A stretch of DNA of 64,000 bases from Mobula hypostoma (taxonomy: Eukaryota): the NCBI RefSeq assembly GCF_963921235.1, contig NC_086107.1, forward strand, positions 102,302,001 to 102,366,000. The letters run 5' to 3'. Below the pieces are notes generated by a model. It did not search any database, was not told the DNA's origin, and saw only the letters and a list, made by a program, of their open reading frames with translations. The position numbers and the translations under genes were made by a program. Position 1 is the stretch's first letter; each line of letters starts with the position of its first letter. Shown piece by piece: positions 1 through 12,637 of this stretch.

Positions 1-180
1 CTCCTCCCTTGGAGGGTCAGACACCCTGAGCCAATAGGCTGGTCCTGGACTTATTTCCTGGCATAATTTACATATTACTATTTAACTATTTATGGTTTTA
101 TCACTATTTAATTATTTATGGTGCAACTGCAGCGAAAACCAATTTCCCCCGGGATCAATAAAGTATGACTATGATTATGA
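1..180 (+). mobile_element. 3' end of Rex1/Babar-type LINE with (CTATGA)n tail
   Basis: Matches the 3' end of the RT-bearing copy at 31653-33010 (opposite strand); AATAAA followed by tatgactatgattatga. Confidence 0.8.
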
Positions 181-706
181 TATAGAAACACCAATGCCCT
201 TGAACAGAAGGTCCTACAAAAAGTAGTGGATATGACCAAGTTTATTTCGGGTAATGTCCTTCCCACCACCGGACGCTCTATACCATACGTTACAGTGAAG
301 CAGGACCTGCTCACTTCTCACTGCTGCTATCAGGAAGGAGGTACAGAAGCCTCAAGACTCACACCACCAGGTTCAGGAACAGTTATTACCTCTTAGCCAT
401 CAGGCTCTTGAACCAGAGGGGATAGCTTCACTTCATCATTGAAATATTCCACACAACCTATGGACTCGCGTTCAAGGACTCATCTCATGTTCTCGATAAT
501 TATTGCTTATTTATTCATTATTATTTCTTTCTTTCTCTATTTGCATAGTTTGTTGTCTTTTGAACACTGTTTGAATGCTAAAGTTGGTGCAGCCTTTCAA
601 TGATTCTATTATGGACTTATTGAGTATGCCCACAAGTAAACAAATCTCGGGGTTGTATATGGTGACATATACGTACTTTGATAATAAATTTACTTTGAAC
701 TTTGAA
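181..706 (+). mobile_element. Rex1/Babar-type LINE 3' fragment with (CTTTGAA)n tail
   Basis: C-terminal SGRRYRSLKTHTTRFRNSYY remnant; same tail at 7970, 22290 and 63240. Confidence 0.75.
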
Positions 707-1388
707 GTGATTCCCAAAGACAACACTTCAAGCACGTTTCAAAAAAAAATGTTCATGGTTCTACCCTGTCTAAACTCTATGGACTGTGATCTTCAATCCC
801 TCCTGTCTTGTACCAGCCATTGGCAGCTGTGTTAACGGCTGCCTATCCTAGAAGCTCTGGAATTCCTTCCCAGAAACTTTCATTCCTTTGTACCCTTAAG
901 CGCACAACATGTGACCTCTGGTGCCTTGTTCTTGGGCAGCCCTTTGCCAAATTCTGGCTGATAACACTTGCCAGAAGGTCTTCGGGATGTTTGCTACGTG
1001 AAAGCTCTCATATTAGTGAAAATCCATTATTGTGTTTGGGTAGTGATGGAGGAACAAACAGATTTGAAGCCATTCCTTTAAAATTTCTCCAAAATCATGC
1101 ATCCAGTCCACAGTCCAGTCAAGAACCAATAAAGTGAGATTTAGAAAACTCACCCCATCTCAGTCTTTTTCAGCAATTTGTGGATTTGGCTAAAATTCCT
1201 CAAAAAAATGAGAAAACTATTGAAAATGCTTTCAGCACATTGCAAAAGCAATACAGAAGATTTTTTTGATAATTACAGCCAAAAAGCACCAAGGTTTCTA
1301 CTAAGGCAATCAACAAGCATAGCAATATTATTAAGAAATGCACTTCCCTTGTGAGGAACACTGACCAACTCCCTGCTTCGGGCCTTAC

Positions 1389-1580
1389 CTCATATTTATT
1401 TACTGATTTTAGTGATGACTTAGACATCAGTGTCAAAGTCGGCATTAGCCATAAGACCAGCCATTCATCATCTTGTGAAAATACCAGTAGATTACTGATG
1501 CATGCTATTGGCCTGCAAGTCTCCATTTTATCAATCTCTTCTCGGCTTGCTCTCAATGTCTCTTTATCGAGAGGCCGGGA
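1389..1580 (-). other. Candidate internal exon (192 nt, open in phase 0: SRPLDKETLRASREEIDKM...KSVNKYE)
   Basis: Acceptor tttgctgcacag| and donor GAG|gtaagg in non-repetitive sequence; only one frame open; no recognisable homology. Confidence 0.35.
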
Positions 1581-2069
1581 CTGTGCAGCAAATATATTAA
1601 AATCAGCAACACCCCGGAAGAAATAAATACAGGGAACAATAGTTTGAGAAGAAGCCTTACAAGAGCATGACCAGAGTTGCACTGCAGGTGCTAAGGACAA
1701 TGAGGATCAAGTTTTCGGTACTGTAGAAACTAAAGGATAAGGACAGTTTGTTCTTGGCTGGGCTTCAGATCACTGTGTGTTTTGCATGACAGAGCGATGG
1801 CCCATTGTGGCCTATTGAAGAACTTCTAGCGGATTGCAAAAGATTGAGTGAAGCAGCCAAATCAGTCTGTAGGTCACTAACTTTGCACAGTGACACAATC
1901 TGCAGAACATGCTTGCTGTTATATTCAAGAGATTGTGTTAAAGGAATGAATGAAAAAAAAATCTCTGCAACCATGGAACCAACTTCATTCCAAACTACTC
2001 AACAATTATAACAAATTGCCTGTTCAATTGTTATTGAACTGATTTACGATAGCCTCTGGTGATGTACTA

Positions 2070-2300
2070 CAGGGTGATGAATCTGTGGAATTCATTGCCA
2101 CAGACGGCTGTGGAGGCCAAGTCTTTAAGTATATTTAAAGCAGAGGTTGATAGGCTCTCGATTAGTAAGAGTGGCAAAGGTTACAGGGAGAAAGCAGGTG
2201 AATGGGGTTGAGGGGGGATAATAAATCATCTATGATGAAATGGCAAAGGAGACTCGATGGACTGAATGGCCTAATTCTCCCTCCATGTGTAATGGTCTCA
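2070..2300 (+). mobile_element. CR1 LINE 3' fragment
   Basis: RVMNLWNSLPQTAVEA motif and CR1-type 3' UTR. Confidence 0.7.
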
Positions 2301-3574
2301 TATAGTTCCCAAGTCAAGGATGGCAATTAGCAATCTAGCATTTTACAAGCGTATTTTGTTCCTGCAACATAGCTCTTAACTCAGCTTTTATTGAGTGTTG
2401 GTTTATGCAAAAGTGAAATACTATGCATTTTATTTTAAATTTATTGAGTACATCAAGTGTAAGCAGAGCTTTTTACAAGTTAACATGCCAATCCATTCTG
2501 ATTGTGACTTTTACCTTATCTGGCTCCTATGTAAGAGATCTGCTCTCAACTTTCGCAGAGAGAGATGAACTGAAACAAACTGAAGTGCAGACTGTAAAGC
2601 TGTAATTGAGACAAAAGTATGAAAACTGAAATAGTGGTGGAAGAATTCAGAAGCAGGATTTTGAACTACTGATCTTGTGCAATGGCATTTAATCAAGATG
2701 ATTAATTGGTTGTATATTGTTTCTGGTGTTCAGTTTTTTGGGTAAGGTTGGGGGAATAAAAAGATGAGGCTGTCCAAATAACGGATGGAGGATTGGAGGA
2801 TTCTGGAAAGTAAATCCTTCGTAAATTAGTTTCCATGCGTAGCTTAATGATTAAAGATGATGACTGCGCATTCTACAAATCTCTTTGGACCATTGATAAC
2901 TTGCTTCTGCTCTAGTTTTGTGGATTCTGATCCGGCAGATGGAGACAATGTTGGGAACACAGGCTGATGGGAAAAAGGTTCCTAACAGGATGGATGATTT
3001 GAGAGTCGGGATGCTCCTTCTGCCACTTACATGGCTTCTGTGAGCTTTTGGTGCACAGACTCTAGGTTCTCAGCACTATCATGAACGGTGCTTCTTCACT
3101 CTGGGTGATTATGGGCCAGGGATTTCCAAGAGCCAGAGTGTGTCAGTTTCAGGATCCTAAGTGTTGGGCATGTGAGTAACTTGGCCTGCCTGACAAAACT
3201 GGGGCCTCAGTGCTGGGGATGTTGGCTTGGGAGATGGCATTCCTATTGGTTTGCTTATCCTTTTAGTGAGTTCAGAAGACTTGGTAGGTTAAATGGCCTA
3301 ATTCTGCTCCCATGTCTTATGGTCTTATGACAGCTACCTTTCCAGTGCAGTGACAAATGCTGTAAGGACTGGAGGACACAAGCTTAAATTATTCAAGGAC
3401 TGGAAAGGATTGGCAGGTCTCAGAAACATTGCGGGGGGGGGGGGCAGATTCAGCAGAGGTTTGCTCCAGTCAGCTTGGTCCCTGGATTCCATTTAACCTG
3501 ATCAAAAGCAGCACATCGTTAAAATGTGGGGTTGGCCAGGGACCCCTTCTGCCAGATTTTCATCTCTCCAAACA

Positions 3575-4320
3575 AGAGAAAATCTGCAGATGCTGGAAAT
3601 CCGAGCAACACACACATAAAAAACTGGAGGAACTCAGCAGACCAGGCAGCATCTATGAGGAAAAAAAAGGCCGAAACCCTTCAGCAGGACGGGAGAAAAA
3701 AAGCTGAGGAGTAGATTTAAGAGGTCGGGAGAGGGGAAGGAGAACCACCAGGTGATAGGTGAAACCTGGAGAGAGGGAGGGATGAAGTAAAAAGCTGGGA
3801 AATTTATTGGTGAGATGAAGTGAGAGGGAAAAGGGGGTGGGAAATGAAGAATGGCAGGGGTGGGGTGGGGTGGCATTACCGGAAGTTTGAGAAATCGATG
3901 TTCCTGCCATCAGGTTGGAGGCTACCCAAATGGAATATAAGGTGTTGTTCCTCCAACCTGAGTGTGGCCTCATCACGACAGTGGAGGAGGCCATGGATGG
4001 ACATATCAGAATGGGAATCGGCATTTTAAATGGGTGGTCACTGGGAAATCCCACTTGTTCTGGAGGACAGAGTGTAGATGCTCAGTGAAGCAGTCTCCCA
4101 ATCTATGTTGGGTCTCACTGAGATACAGGAAGCCACACCGGGAGCACTGAACACAGTAAATGATCCCAACAGACTCACAGGTGAAGTGCTGCCTCACCTG
4201 GAAGGACAGTTTAGGGCCCTGGATGGTGGTGAGGGAGGAGGTGTAGGGGCAGGTGTAGCACTTACTCTGGTTGCAAGGGTAAGTGCCGGGGGGGAGATCA
4301 GTGGGGAGGGACGAATGGAG
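3575..4320 (-). mobile_element. Penelope-like element 3' portion (GIY-YIG endonuclease remnant and terminal repeat)
   Basis: ORF 4006..4359 contains CNQSKCYTC...IIYCVQCSRCGFLYLSET, homologous to 58860-59280. Confidence 0.85.
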
Positions 4321-4599
4321 GAATCTCTCCAGTGCATTTTGTGCTATAATTCTTTTCATTAAAATGATTAAAATATTCAGAGAATTTTTTCTGAAGATTT
4401 TACATTAATTATGTATTTCTATCAGTTAACTAGAGTAACAACTGTATTGCCCATTAGAGATATGTAGATGGAAATGTGAGTCACTGTACAAAGTACAGTG
4501 TTGGTATTCTGCTGAAAATTTCCCATTACTCTTAGCCCATGTGAATTAAAGGGGCCTTTTTCTAAAAAAGGAAGAGGAAGTGGTTCTTTAGCCCACTGA

Positions 4600-4900
4600 G
4601 TCGCTGTCAATCACCAGCCATCTATTTACACTAATCCTACATTAACCCTATTCTTTATTCTTGCCATATTCCCGTCCACATCTCCAGATTCTACCACTCA
4701 CCTCACACTAGGGACAATTTACGGTGGCCATTTAACCTGCCAAGTGGCAGACCTTTGGGATGGGGAAGGGAGCCAGAGCATCTGGAGGAAACTCACACAG
4801 TCATGGGGGGAAAAGAAATGCAGACAGTGCCCGAGGTCAGCATTGAACCCAGTTCTCTGGCACTGAGAGGAACCGGGCAGTACCTCCTGTGCTGCCCATT
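4600..4900 (-). mobile_element. tRNA-derived SINE (HE1/V-SINE-like), diverged
   Basis: Reverse-strand B box (ggttcaatgc) and central gggtttcctccagatgctctgg-like core shared with 54424-54700. Confidence 0.6.
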
Positions 4901-5334
4901 TACTCAAGAAAACTAAGCAATAAATTACTGTTAACTTCACATTCTATTTGTTGCACATAATTAAGCTTTACATATTGGAGAATAAATAAAAATTCAAAAG
5001 ATCCGAAGAGAACAATTCCAAAGTTTAAAAACCTCTACTCCAGATGGATTGATGGGTCTTTACCCTAGAGCAGAACAGACATAGAAGTCTATTAAAGGGC
5101 AGTATTGTCTCTCCATCAACGAGTGAGTCCAATTTAACAGTCTGGGAAAAGCGAGGGAAAAGCATATGCAGTCCTGTTTTTAAAAAAAACAGGAAGTTCC
5201 CAGTAGCCCTCTACTGACTAACACAGCTGGATTTATGTGGCATCCTCCACATTAGACAACTTGTGTTGCACAATTACTTACTTTTGAAATGCAATGCAAA
5301 CAAAAGAAAATATGGATGGCTTTTCTCACCCTAC

Positions 5335-5386
5335 CTTTGGTGCAGCTACAAGTGGCCCATTTGCTGACCCAGCTGAAATCCGGAAA
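5335..5386 (-). other. Candidate 52-nt exon (xFRISAGSANGPLVAAPK)
   Basis: Acceptor ttctacctttttgcag| and donor AAG|gtaggg; this reading ends in phase 0, compatible with 1389-1580. Confidence 0.35.
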
Positions 5387-8247
5387 CTGCAAAAAGGTAG
5401 AAATTACTTTAATATTATTCTTGTTTTCCACATTTTTGTTGTAACAGAAGTACCAGTAATGATAGTTACTGGTGCTGTCATGTTACTCTGTGGCAACATT
5501 GGGCAATGCAATATCTATTGTATATAAGTGTAATATATCGAGAGCTTATTTTTTAAATGTTTATAGAACTGGATTAGGTACATACAGAAATAGAACTGAG
5601 ATTATAAGAAATGTATAAAATTTAAATTGAAAGTGGGACATATTGGCACAGAGAACAGTTTAACATGGTTCGGACCCTCTATCAAAAACAAGTAACTGCA
5701 ACACTCAACATCTTTTTTTCTTTCAGAATTCCATTTCCTTGAATTTAGAAGATCAAGGGATTATCTAATTGAGGTACTTTAAGTATTTGAAAGGATGCAC
5801 TTGTTTGCTTTCAATCAAACCGATCAATTTCTTTAAAAACCTATTTGCATATGAACTTGGGTTTGCATCAAAATGGAACCTGATAACTTTTTGTAAGATA
5901 GGGCTATTTAAGAATTATTGAACAAAGTGGAGTAAAGGTGTAAAATCAGATATATTTGTAAGATGAAACAGGCTAGAGGGGTTGAATGGCTTGCCCTTGT
6001 TCATATTTTTCATTGATCAAGCAGTTTGTATTAAACCCTCACTAATTCCACTCTAAAGTGGTTTAAGTCAATTGGCCCTGAAACCATAAGTAGATGAAAC
6101 ATGAGGATTACACAACAGGTAAAACAAATACTGAGCAGTTATCTAATTATCAGAATAATCCAAAATCAATAATTCCAAAACATTAAGTACTTTCCCTAAA
6201 TGTTTACAGTGTTTCTGGAAAACCTCTCCATACACATTATCTGTGCCATCGACAGGCATCACATGGAGTCTTTGGAATAAACAGCTTGCCGCTCTAGCGC
6301 ACAGACACAAACGGCAGAAGGAACAAGAGTTTCATCATGTCAGGCGGAGTGAGGGTTGTGCCAAAAAGAGAGGCTTTGATAAGGGCCTAAGTTATTAAAA
6401 TAAGGACAGATGGATGAAGGGGTTTTAAGACAGGATCCCAAAAAGGAATCCCAAAACTGTTCAGTTTTCATATTTTCCTCAGAATGTGGAAGGCCATTTA
6501 ACTCAGTGAATCGATACCATCTGTCGGAGTAATCCCATCTCACTTATTTGTCTGTAATCCACTCTCTCGCATGCCCATCAACTCCGGTACTATCCACCTA
6601 CACTAGGCAATTTAGAATTGGGATGTGAGCAACCAGAGCACCTTGAGGAGTCCGCCCATGCTGTCACAGGGAATGCATGCAAACTCCACACAGACAGCAT
6701 GGCATTGGAGATCAGGATCTAGTCCAGGCCAACAGAGTTTTCAGGAAAATTTCAGAGGAGTCAGGAATGAGATTGAAGATTGAAGGTGAGGATCTGAAGT
6801 TGAATGTACTAGGAACAAAGTTGGATACGAATCCAGTCAAGTTGCCCAACTCAGCATGTTGGACATGCCCAAGATAAGGATGAAGAGGAGGAAGTCAGTG
6901 TGGATGAGTTGCAAATGAATTGTATTAACTGGAAACTTTTTGATTGGGTGGACAATGCACAATTGAAGAATCCCATTCAACAGAATTATTACAGTTCTAG
7001 TTAATACTGGAGTTCTTGAAAACAGCTAGAGAGGTTAATCACCAGGTTATTACAGTATCAGTGTGTCGCAATCTGTTGGGGCTAATGAGAAAATGAGTAA
7101 ATGGAGAATATAATGGTCAGCTATCAGAAAGTTACAACCCTTAAACCAATAAAGTGACATGGTGATGCCACAAACCGGGAAAAGCAGGTTGAGCACATTT
7201 AGTTTCATCAAATGAACACAGAATGCCATTTTAAATTTACTAAATAGGCACCATTGTTCAGACTGCTTGTTGACTTGTACATTTGATTTCCAACCACCAC
7301 GACAATGGCACATTACTCTTTGGAGAGCATTTTGACTGAAAGCATCACCGTTGGGTAAGGATGCTCCGATGCACAGGATCATAAGAGGCTTTGGAGGGCT
7401 GGAGACTCAGTCAGCTTCATCATGGGAACAAGCTTCCTCACCACTGAGCCCATTTTCAAAAAGTGGAGGTCTCAAGTGGTGGCATTCATCGTTGGGGACG
7501 TGCCCTTTTCTCATTAGCATTATCAGAGAGGAGGCACAGGAGCCCGAAGACCCACATTCAACATTTCAGGAACAGCTTCTTCCCTTCCGCCATCAAACCT
7601 CTGGCCCATGAATCCATGAGCACCAGCTCTTTCACACCATTTACTTTTTTCATATATTGTAACTTATTGTAATTTGTTATGCCTGGACTGTACTGCCCCC
7701 CCACAAAACAAAAAAATTTATGGCCAATGTCAGTGACAATAAAGCTCATTTTGGATAACATGATTGTGAAGGCAGTATTAAAAAGATACCATCATTACTT
7801 TAGGGTCTCAGTGAATAAAAATTCACCTTGTAGGGACAATATTTGTTGAACAACAGTTTGTACCTTACCAAGTGCAATAGATTCAGATGCAAAAATCTGT
7901 GGGTAGTGGAAGCCTGAAATAGCAAGTTGAAATACTCAGCACCTGGGGAGAGAGAAGAACAGTTAACTTCCAAAGTTCAAAGTAAATTTATTATCAAAGT
8001 ACATATACATCACCATTATACAACCCCGAGATTCACTTTCTTGTGGGCATACTCAATAAATCCAATAACCAGAATAGAACCACGAAAGAAGCTGCAGAAG
8101 ATCGTGAACACGGTGCAGCACATCACACAAACCAATCTTCCGTCCGTGGTCTCACTTTACACTGCACGCTGTTAGAGCAGTGCTGACAGGATAATCAAGG
8201 ACATAACCCACCCAGCCAACAGACTTTTCATCTCTCTTCCCTCCGGG

Positions 8248-8652
8248 AGAACATAGAACATAGAATAGTACAGCACAGTACAGGCCCTTCGGCCCTCAAT
8301 GTTGTGCCGACCCTCAAACCCTGCCTCCCATGTAACCCCCCCACCTTAAATTCCTCCATATACCTGTCTAGTAGTCTCTTAAACTTCACTAGTGTAGCTG
8401 CCTCCACCACTGACTCAGGCAGTGCATTCCACGCACTAACCACTCTCTGAGTAAAAAAACTTTCCTCTAATATCCCCCTTGAACTTCCCACCCCTTACCT
8501 TAAAGCCATGTCCTCCTGTATTGAGCAATGGTGCCCCGGGGAAGAGGCGCTGGCTATCCACTCTATCTATTCCTCTTATTATCTTGTACACCTCTGTCAT
8601 GTCTCCTCTCATCCTCCTTCTCTCCAAAGAGTAAAGCCCTAGCTCCCTTAAC
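8248..8652 (-). mobile_element. Young CR1 3' end with (TTCTATG)n tail
   Basis: ORFs ERRRMRGDMTEVYKIIRGIDRVD and FFTQRVVSAWNALP. Confidence 0.9.
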
Positions 8653-8664
8653 CTTAATATAATC

Positions 8665-9230
8665 TTATAAATTATAGTACCAGATGTCTTGGTGGGGGGA
8701 AGCTATAATTCAAATTTAAGTCACACCCTTCTTCAGTATGCTTTAGTATAGTCACTTGCTAGGATTTCCTCCATATTTCTTTCCAAAGATCTTTTTAATC
8801 TCTCTTCTACCTTTTTTTTGTTGTTCTGTAGACCTCTCCCAGACCTTGGGACTTTTAGCTTTTTCAATCTGGGCAGCTTCTTTCTTTGGTCTGAAGCAAT
8901 TTACAGTCATTCAACTTGTTAACCGATGTTGTTTAATTACATAAATAGAGCTCTTGGTGAAGATTCGTTAATACCTGTTATTGTATTGGTTATGTACTTA
9001 GGCATGTTCCCAATATTTGTGTGTAATTTAACCCTCCCAAAAAAAAACCAATAAGGAATTAAACAATCATGAAGTCAATGATTTTATGCCTCATCTGATA
9101 AAGACAGAGCAGGGAGGCTATACCAAAACTGTTCAAAGTACTATTCGGGCAAGTGCTTAAATAGTGCACGCAGTTCCAGTCACCACACCACGGGAAGGAT
9201 GTGATAGCATTAGTGAAGGGGCAGAGTAGA
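8665..9230 (+). repeat. ~565-bp direct copy of 50944-51511
   Basis: Colinear match with about two dozen substitutions and two homopolymer indels counted by eye. Confidence 0.95.
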
Positions 9231-11630
9231 AGGTTCAGGAGCTTGAAGACTCGTATGGCCAGATTTGGGAACAGCTTCTTTCCAACCGTGATAAGACTGC
9301 TGAACGGATCCTGACCCGGATCTGGGCCGTACCCGCCAAATATCCGGACATGCCTCTTGGTTTTTTTGCACTACCTTACTTTCCATTTTTCTATTTTCTA
9401 TTTATGATTTATAATTTAAAGTTTTAATATTTACTAATTTTTACTATTTTAAATATTTTTAATATTTAATATTTGTAATCCAGGGAGTGTGAAGTGCAGA
9501 ATCAAATATCGCTGTGATGATTGTACGTTCTAGTACCAATTGTTTGGCGACAATAAAGTATAAAGTATAAGAATCAATGAGAAGATCGCACCAACAGAGC
9601 GGACAACCAGTGTGCAAGACAACAAACTGTGTAGATATAAAAGGATAGAAAACTAAATAATAATAATAAATAAGCAATAAATAGCAAGAACATGAAATGA
9701 AGAGTTCTTGAAAGTGAGTCCATAGGTTGTGGGAACAGTTCAGTGATGGAATAAGTGAATTTGAGTGAAGTTATCTCCTTTAGTTCAAGAGCCTGATGGT
9801 TGAGGGGTAATAACTGTTCCTGAACCTGGTGGTGTGAGTCCTGAGGCTCCTGTACCTTCTTCCTGATGGCAGCAGCGAGAAAAGAGCATGGCCTGGGTGG
9901 TGGGGTTCCCTGATGATGGACGCTGCTGTTCTGAGACTATCTCGATGTGTTCAAGGGCACTGGTATTTCCATAACAGGCTCTGATGCAGCTAGTCAATAT
10001 ACTCTTCACTACACATTGATAGAAGTTTGTCAAAGTTTTAGATGTCATGCCAAAGCTTCACAAACCTCTAAAGAAGTAGAGGTACTGCTGTGCTTTCTTT
10101 GTGATTGCTCTTATTTGCTGGGCCCAGGTCAGGTTCTCTTAACCGAGGAATTTAAAAGTCGCTGACCTTCTCCACCTCTGATTCCCTGATGAGACTGACT
10201 CATGGACCTCTGGTTTCCTCCTCCTTAAGTCAATAATTAGCTCCTTGGTCTTGTTGACATTGAGTAAGAGGTTGTCGTTGTAGCACTACTCAGCCAGAGT
10301 TTCAATCTCCGTCCTATATACTGATTTGTCACCAAATCTGAATTTGCCCTATGACAGTGGTGTCATTAGCAACTTAAATATGGCATTGGAGCCGTGCTTA
10401 GCCACATAGTCATAAGCACAGTGTGAGTAGAGCAGGGGTCTAAGCACACAGCCTTGTGGTGCACCTGTGCTGATGGTGATTGTGAAGGAGATGTTGCTGC
10501 CAGTCTGAACTGACTGGGGTCTGCAAGTGAGGAAATCAAGGATCCAATTGCACAAGGAGGTATTGAGTCCTAAGTCTTGAAGTTATTGCTTAGTTCTGAG
10601 GGGATGATATATTGAATGCCAAGCTGTAGTCGATAAAGAGCACCCTGATCTTTGCTGTCCAGATGTTCCAGGATTGAGTGAAGAGCCAATGAAATGGCAA
10701 ATGCTGTGGATTTGTTACGCTGGTAGGCAAATTGCAGTGGATCCAAGTAGTTTCTCAAGCAGGAGTTGATATGTTTTATCATCAATCTTTGATTACTCTT
10801 TAGCACTGTGCAAGTGCTACTGGACAATTGAAGCAAGTCACTACATTCTTCTTAGCCACCGGTACAATTGAAACCTGCTGGAAGCAGATGCGTATCTCAG
10901 ACTGCTGAAGTGAGAGGTTAAGGATCTCAGCCAGTTGATCAGCACAGGTCTCTAACTTTACAGGAATGTCAGTTACTCTCATGATTGGAAAATGTTTCTA
11001 ATTTAGTTGATTTGAAGCAAGTAGCTAGTAGGCAGTGGATGAGGTGCAAAGGGTAAGTGGGTTGCTTAGTACAGAAAGTGAGTCATAAAAAGGAAAAGCA
11101 AGAAAGGACGAATGAAAAGTCTGTGATGAAGAATCGTTCACCCTTAATTCTCTCTGGGTCTGGCAGGATTGTCCAAAGTTCTATTTCTTTCTACTTTTGC
11201 ATCATCTACAAGATCTGCAGCAGCGACTCATTATTTCTATAGGGCCATGATAAATATTAAGTATATCAATAAACAAGTATGTTAGCAGTTATTCAATAAG
11301 AGGGCATTGCTCTGGTATTGCAGAAAACAATTAATGTTAGTTCAGATTTATTGTTTAATTAATAATAAATTTGCAAACTTCTTGGAGGCGGATCTAAGCT
11401 TCAAACAATAGAACAGGAAGCTGACAAAGAGAGAGACACATTTGCCGGTTGGGTTAGATGGTCAGATTCGTATTTATCACATGTACATCAAAACATACAC
11501 TCAGTGGCCACCTTATTATATACACCGTTACACCTGTTTGTTATTGCAAATAGCTGATCAGCCAATCATGTGGTAGTAACTCAATGCATACAGACATTGG
11601 TCAGGAGGTTCAGTTGTTGTTCAGACCAAA

Positions 11631-12272
11631 GAGGAGGGAGGAGAAGATGGCGGCGCGATGCAGCGCGTGCGGCCGTTCCGAATGATATCAATATGTGTTA
11701 ACTAGGGGCTGTGCACAATCCGGATTTGATGGAGACAGCCGTGAGAAGCACGGAGGAACATCTGGAGAAACTTCTGAAATGCCCGCTTCGCTGCCGCTGC
11801 TACTGTGCGATCGAGAATCTCTGGAGGGGAAGGCCCCAAATCCTCGGCTTTGCCTATTGCCTGTTGCCGGGGCCAGGGTCGAAGCGCTCGGCAGAGATGG
11901 TGCTCGGTGTCGGAGAGCTGGTCAGAGGCTCGGAGTTTTCGGACGGACTCAGAGTTGGACTGTGGTCGGATGCTTCCAGAATGCTGCATCGGCAAGTTTG
12001 CGGCGCTGGAGGTTCACCGTCTGTGTGAGATGATGGGACTTTTGAGAGACTTTGAGACTTCTACCGTGCCGATGGTCTGTTCTTATCAAATTACGGTATT
12101 GCTTTGCACTGTTGTAACTATATGTTATAATTATGTGGTTTTTGTCAATTTTTCAGTCCGTTTGTCATGTGTTTCTGTGATATCATTCTGGAAAAACATT
12201 GTATTATTTCTTAATGCATGCATTACTAAATGACAATAAAAGAGGACTGCGTGTCCTCATAATCTAATCTAA
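11631..12272 (+). mobile_element. CpG-rich non-autonomous retroposon with (AATCT)n tail
   Basis: Sharp boundaries inside the Tc1 element, ACCAA duplicated (11625-11629, 12273-12277), AATAAA plus microsatellite tail. Confidence 0.7.
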
Positions 12273-12637
12273 ACCAATATCAGAAAGGGAAAGAAATATG
12301 ATCAAAGTGACTTTTACTGTGGAATGATTGTGGGTGTCAGATGGGGTAGTTTTGAGTATCTCAGAAATTGCTGATCTCCTAGGATTTTCATGCACAAAAA
12401 TCTCTAGAGTTTACTGAGAACGGTGCATAAAACAAAAGAAAACATCTAGCAAGTGGCAGTTCTGTGGGCAAAAAAATGCCTTGTTAATGAGAGAAGTCAG
12501 GGGAGAATGGCCAGATTGGTTCAAAAGGACAGAAAAGGCAACAGTAGCTCAAATAACCACACATTGCCACACGTGCAGAAGAGCATCTCTGGATACGTAA
12601 CATGTTGAACCTTGCAGGATGGGCTATAGCAATGACA

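Larger units (their letters stand above)
8080..9570 (+). mobile_element. Second Rex1-type 3' fragment nested in the first; itself interrupted at 8252-9227
   Basis: LPSGR|RFRSLKTRMARFGNSFFP reads continuously when the insert is removed; (aaagtat)n tail. Confidence 0.8.
7970..10960 (-). mobile_element. Rex1/Babar LINE (RT remnants), interrupted at ~8080-9570
   Basis: DPLQFAYQ and TGAPQGCVL motifs in ORFs at 10349-10836; tail at 7970; sequence resumes at 9570 (agaatcaatga). Confidence 0.85.

Noticed and set aside
6200..6300. Possible additional exon
   Set aside because: Splice signals weak or ambiguous on both strands
8665..9230. Assembly artefact or large segmental duplication
   Set aside because: Copies differ by several percent, flanks are unrelated, and the copy sits inside a TSD-bounded insertion
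11695..12233. Multiple overlapping ORFs / CpG-island gene start
   Set aside because: Explained by high GC within a TSD-bounded retroposon
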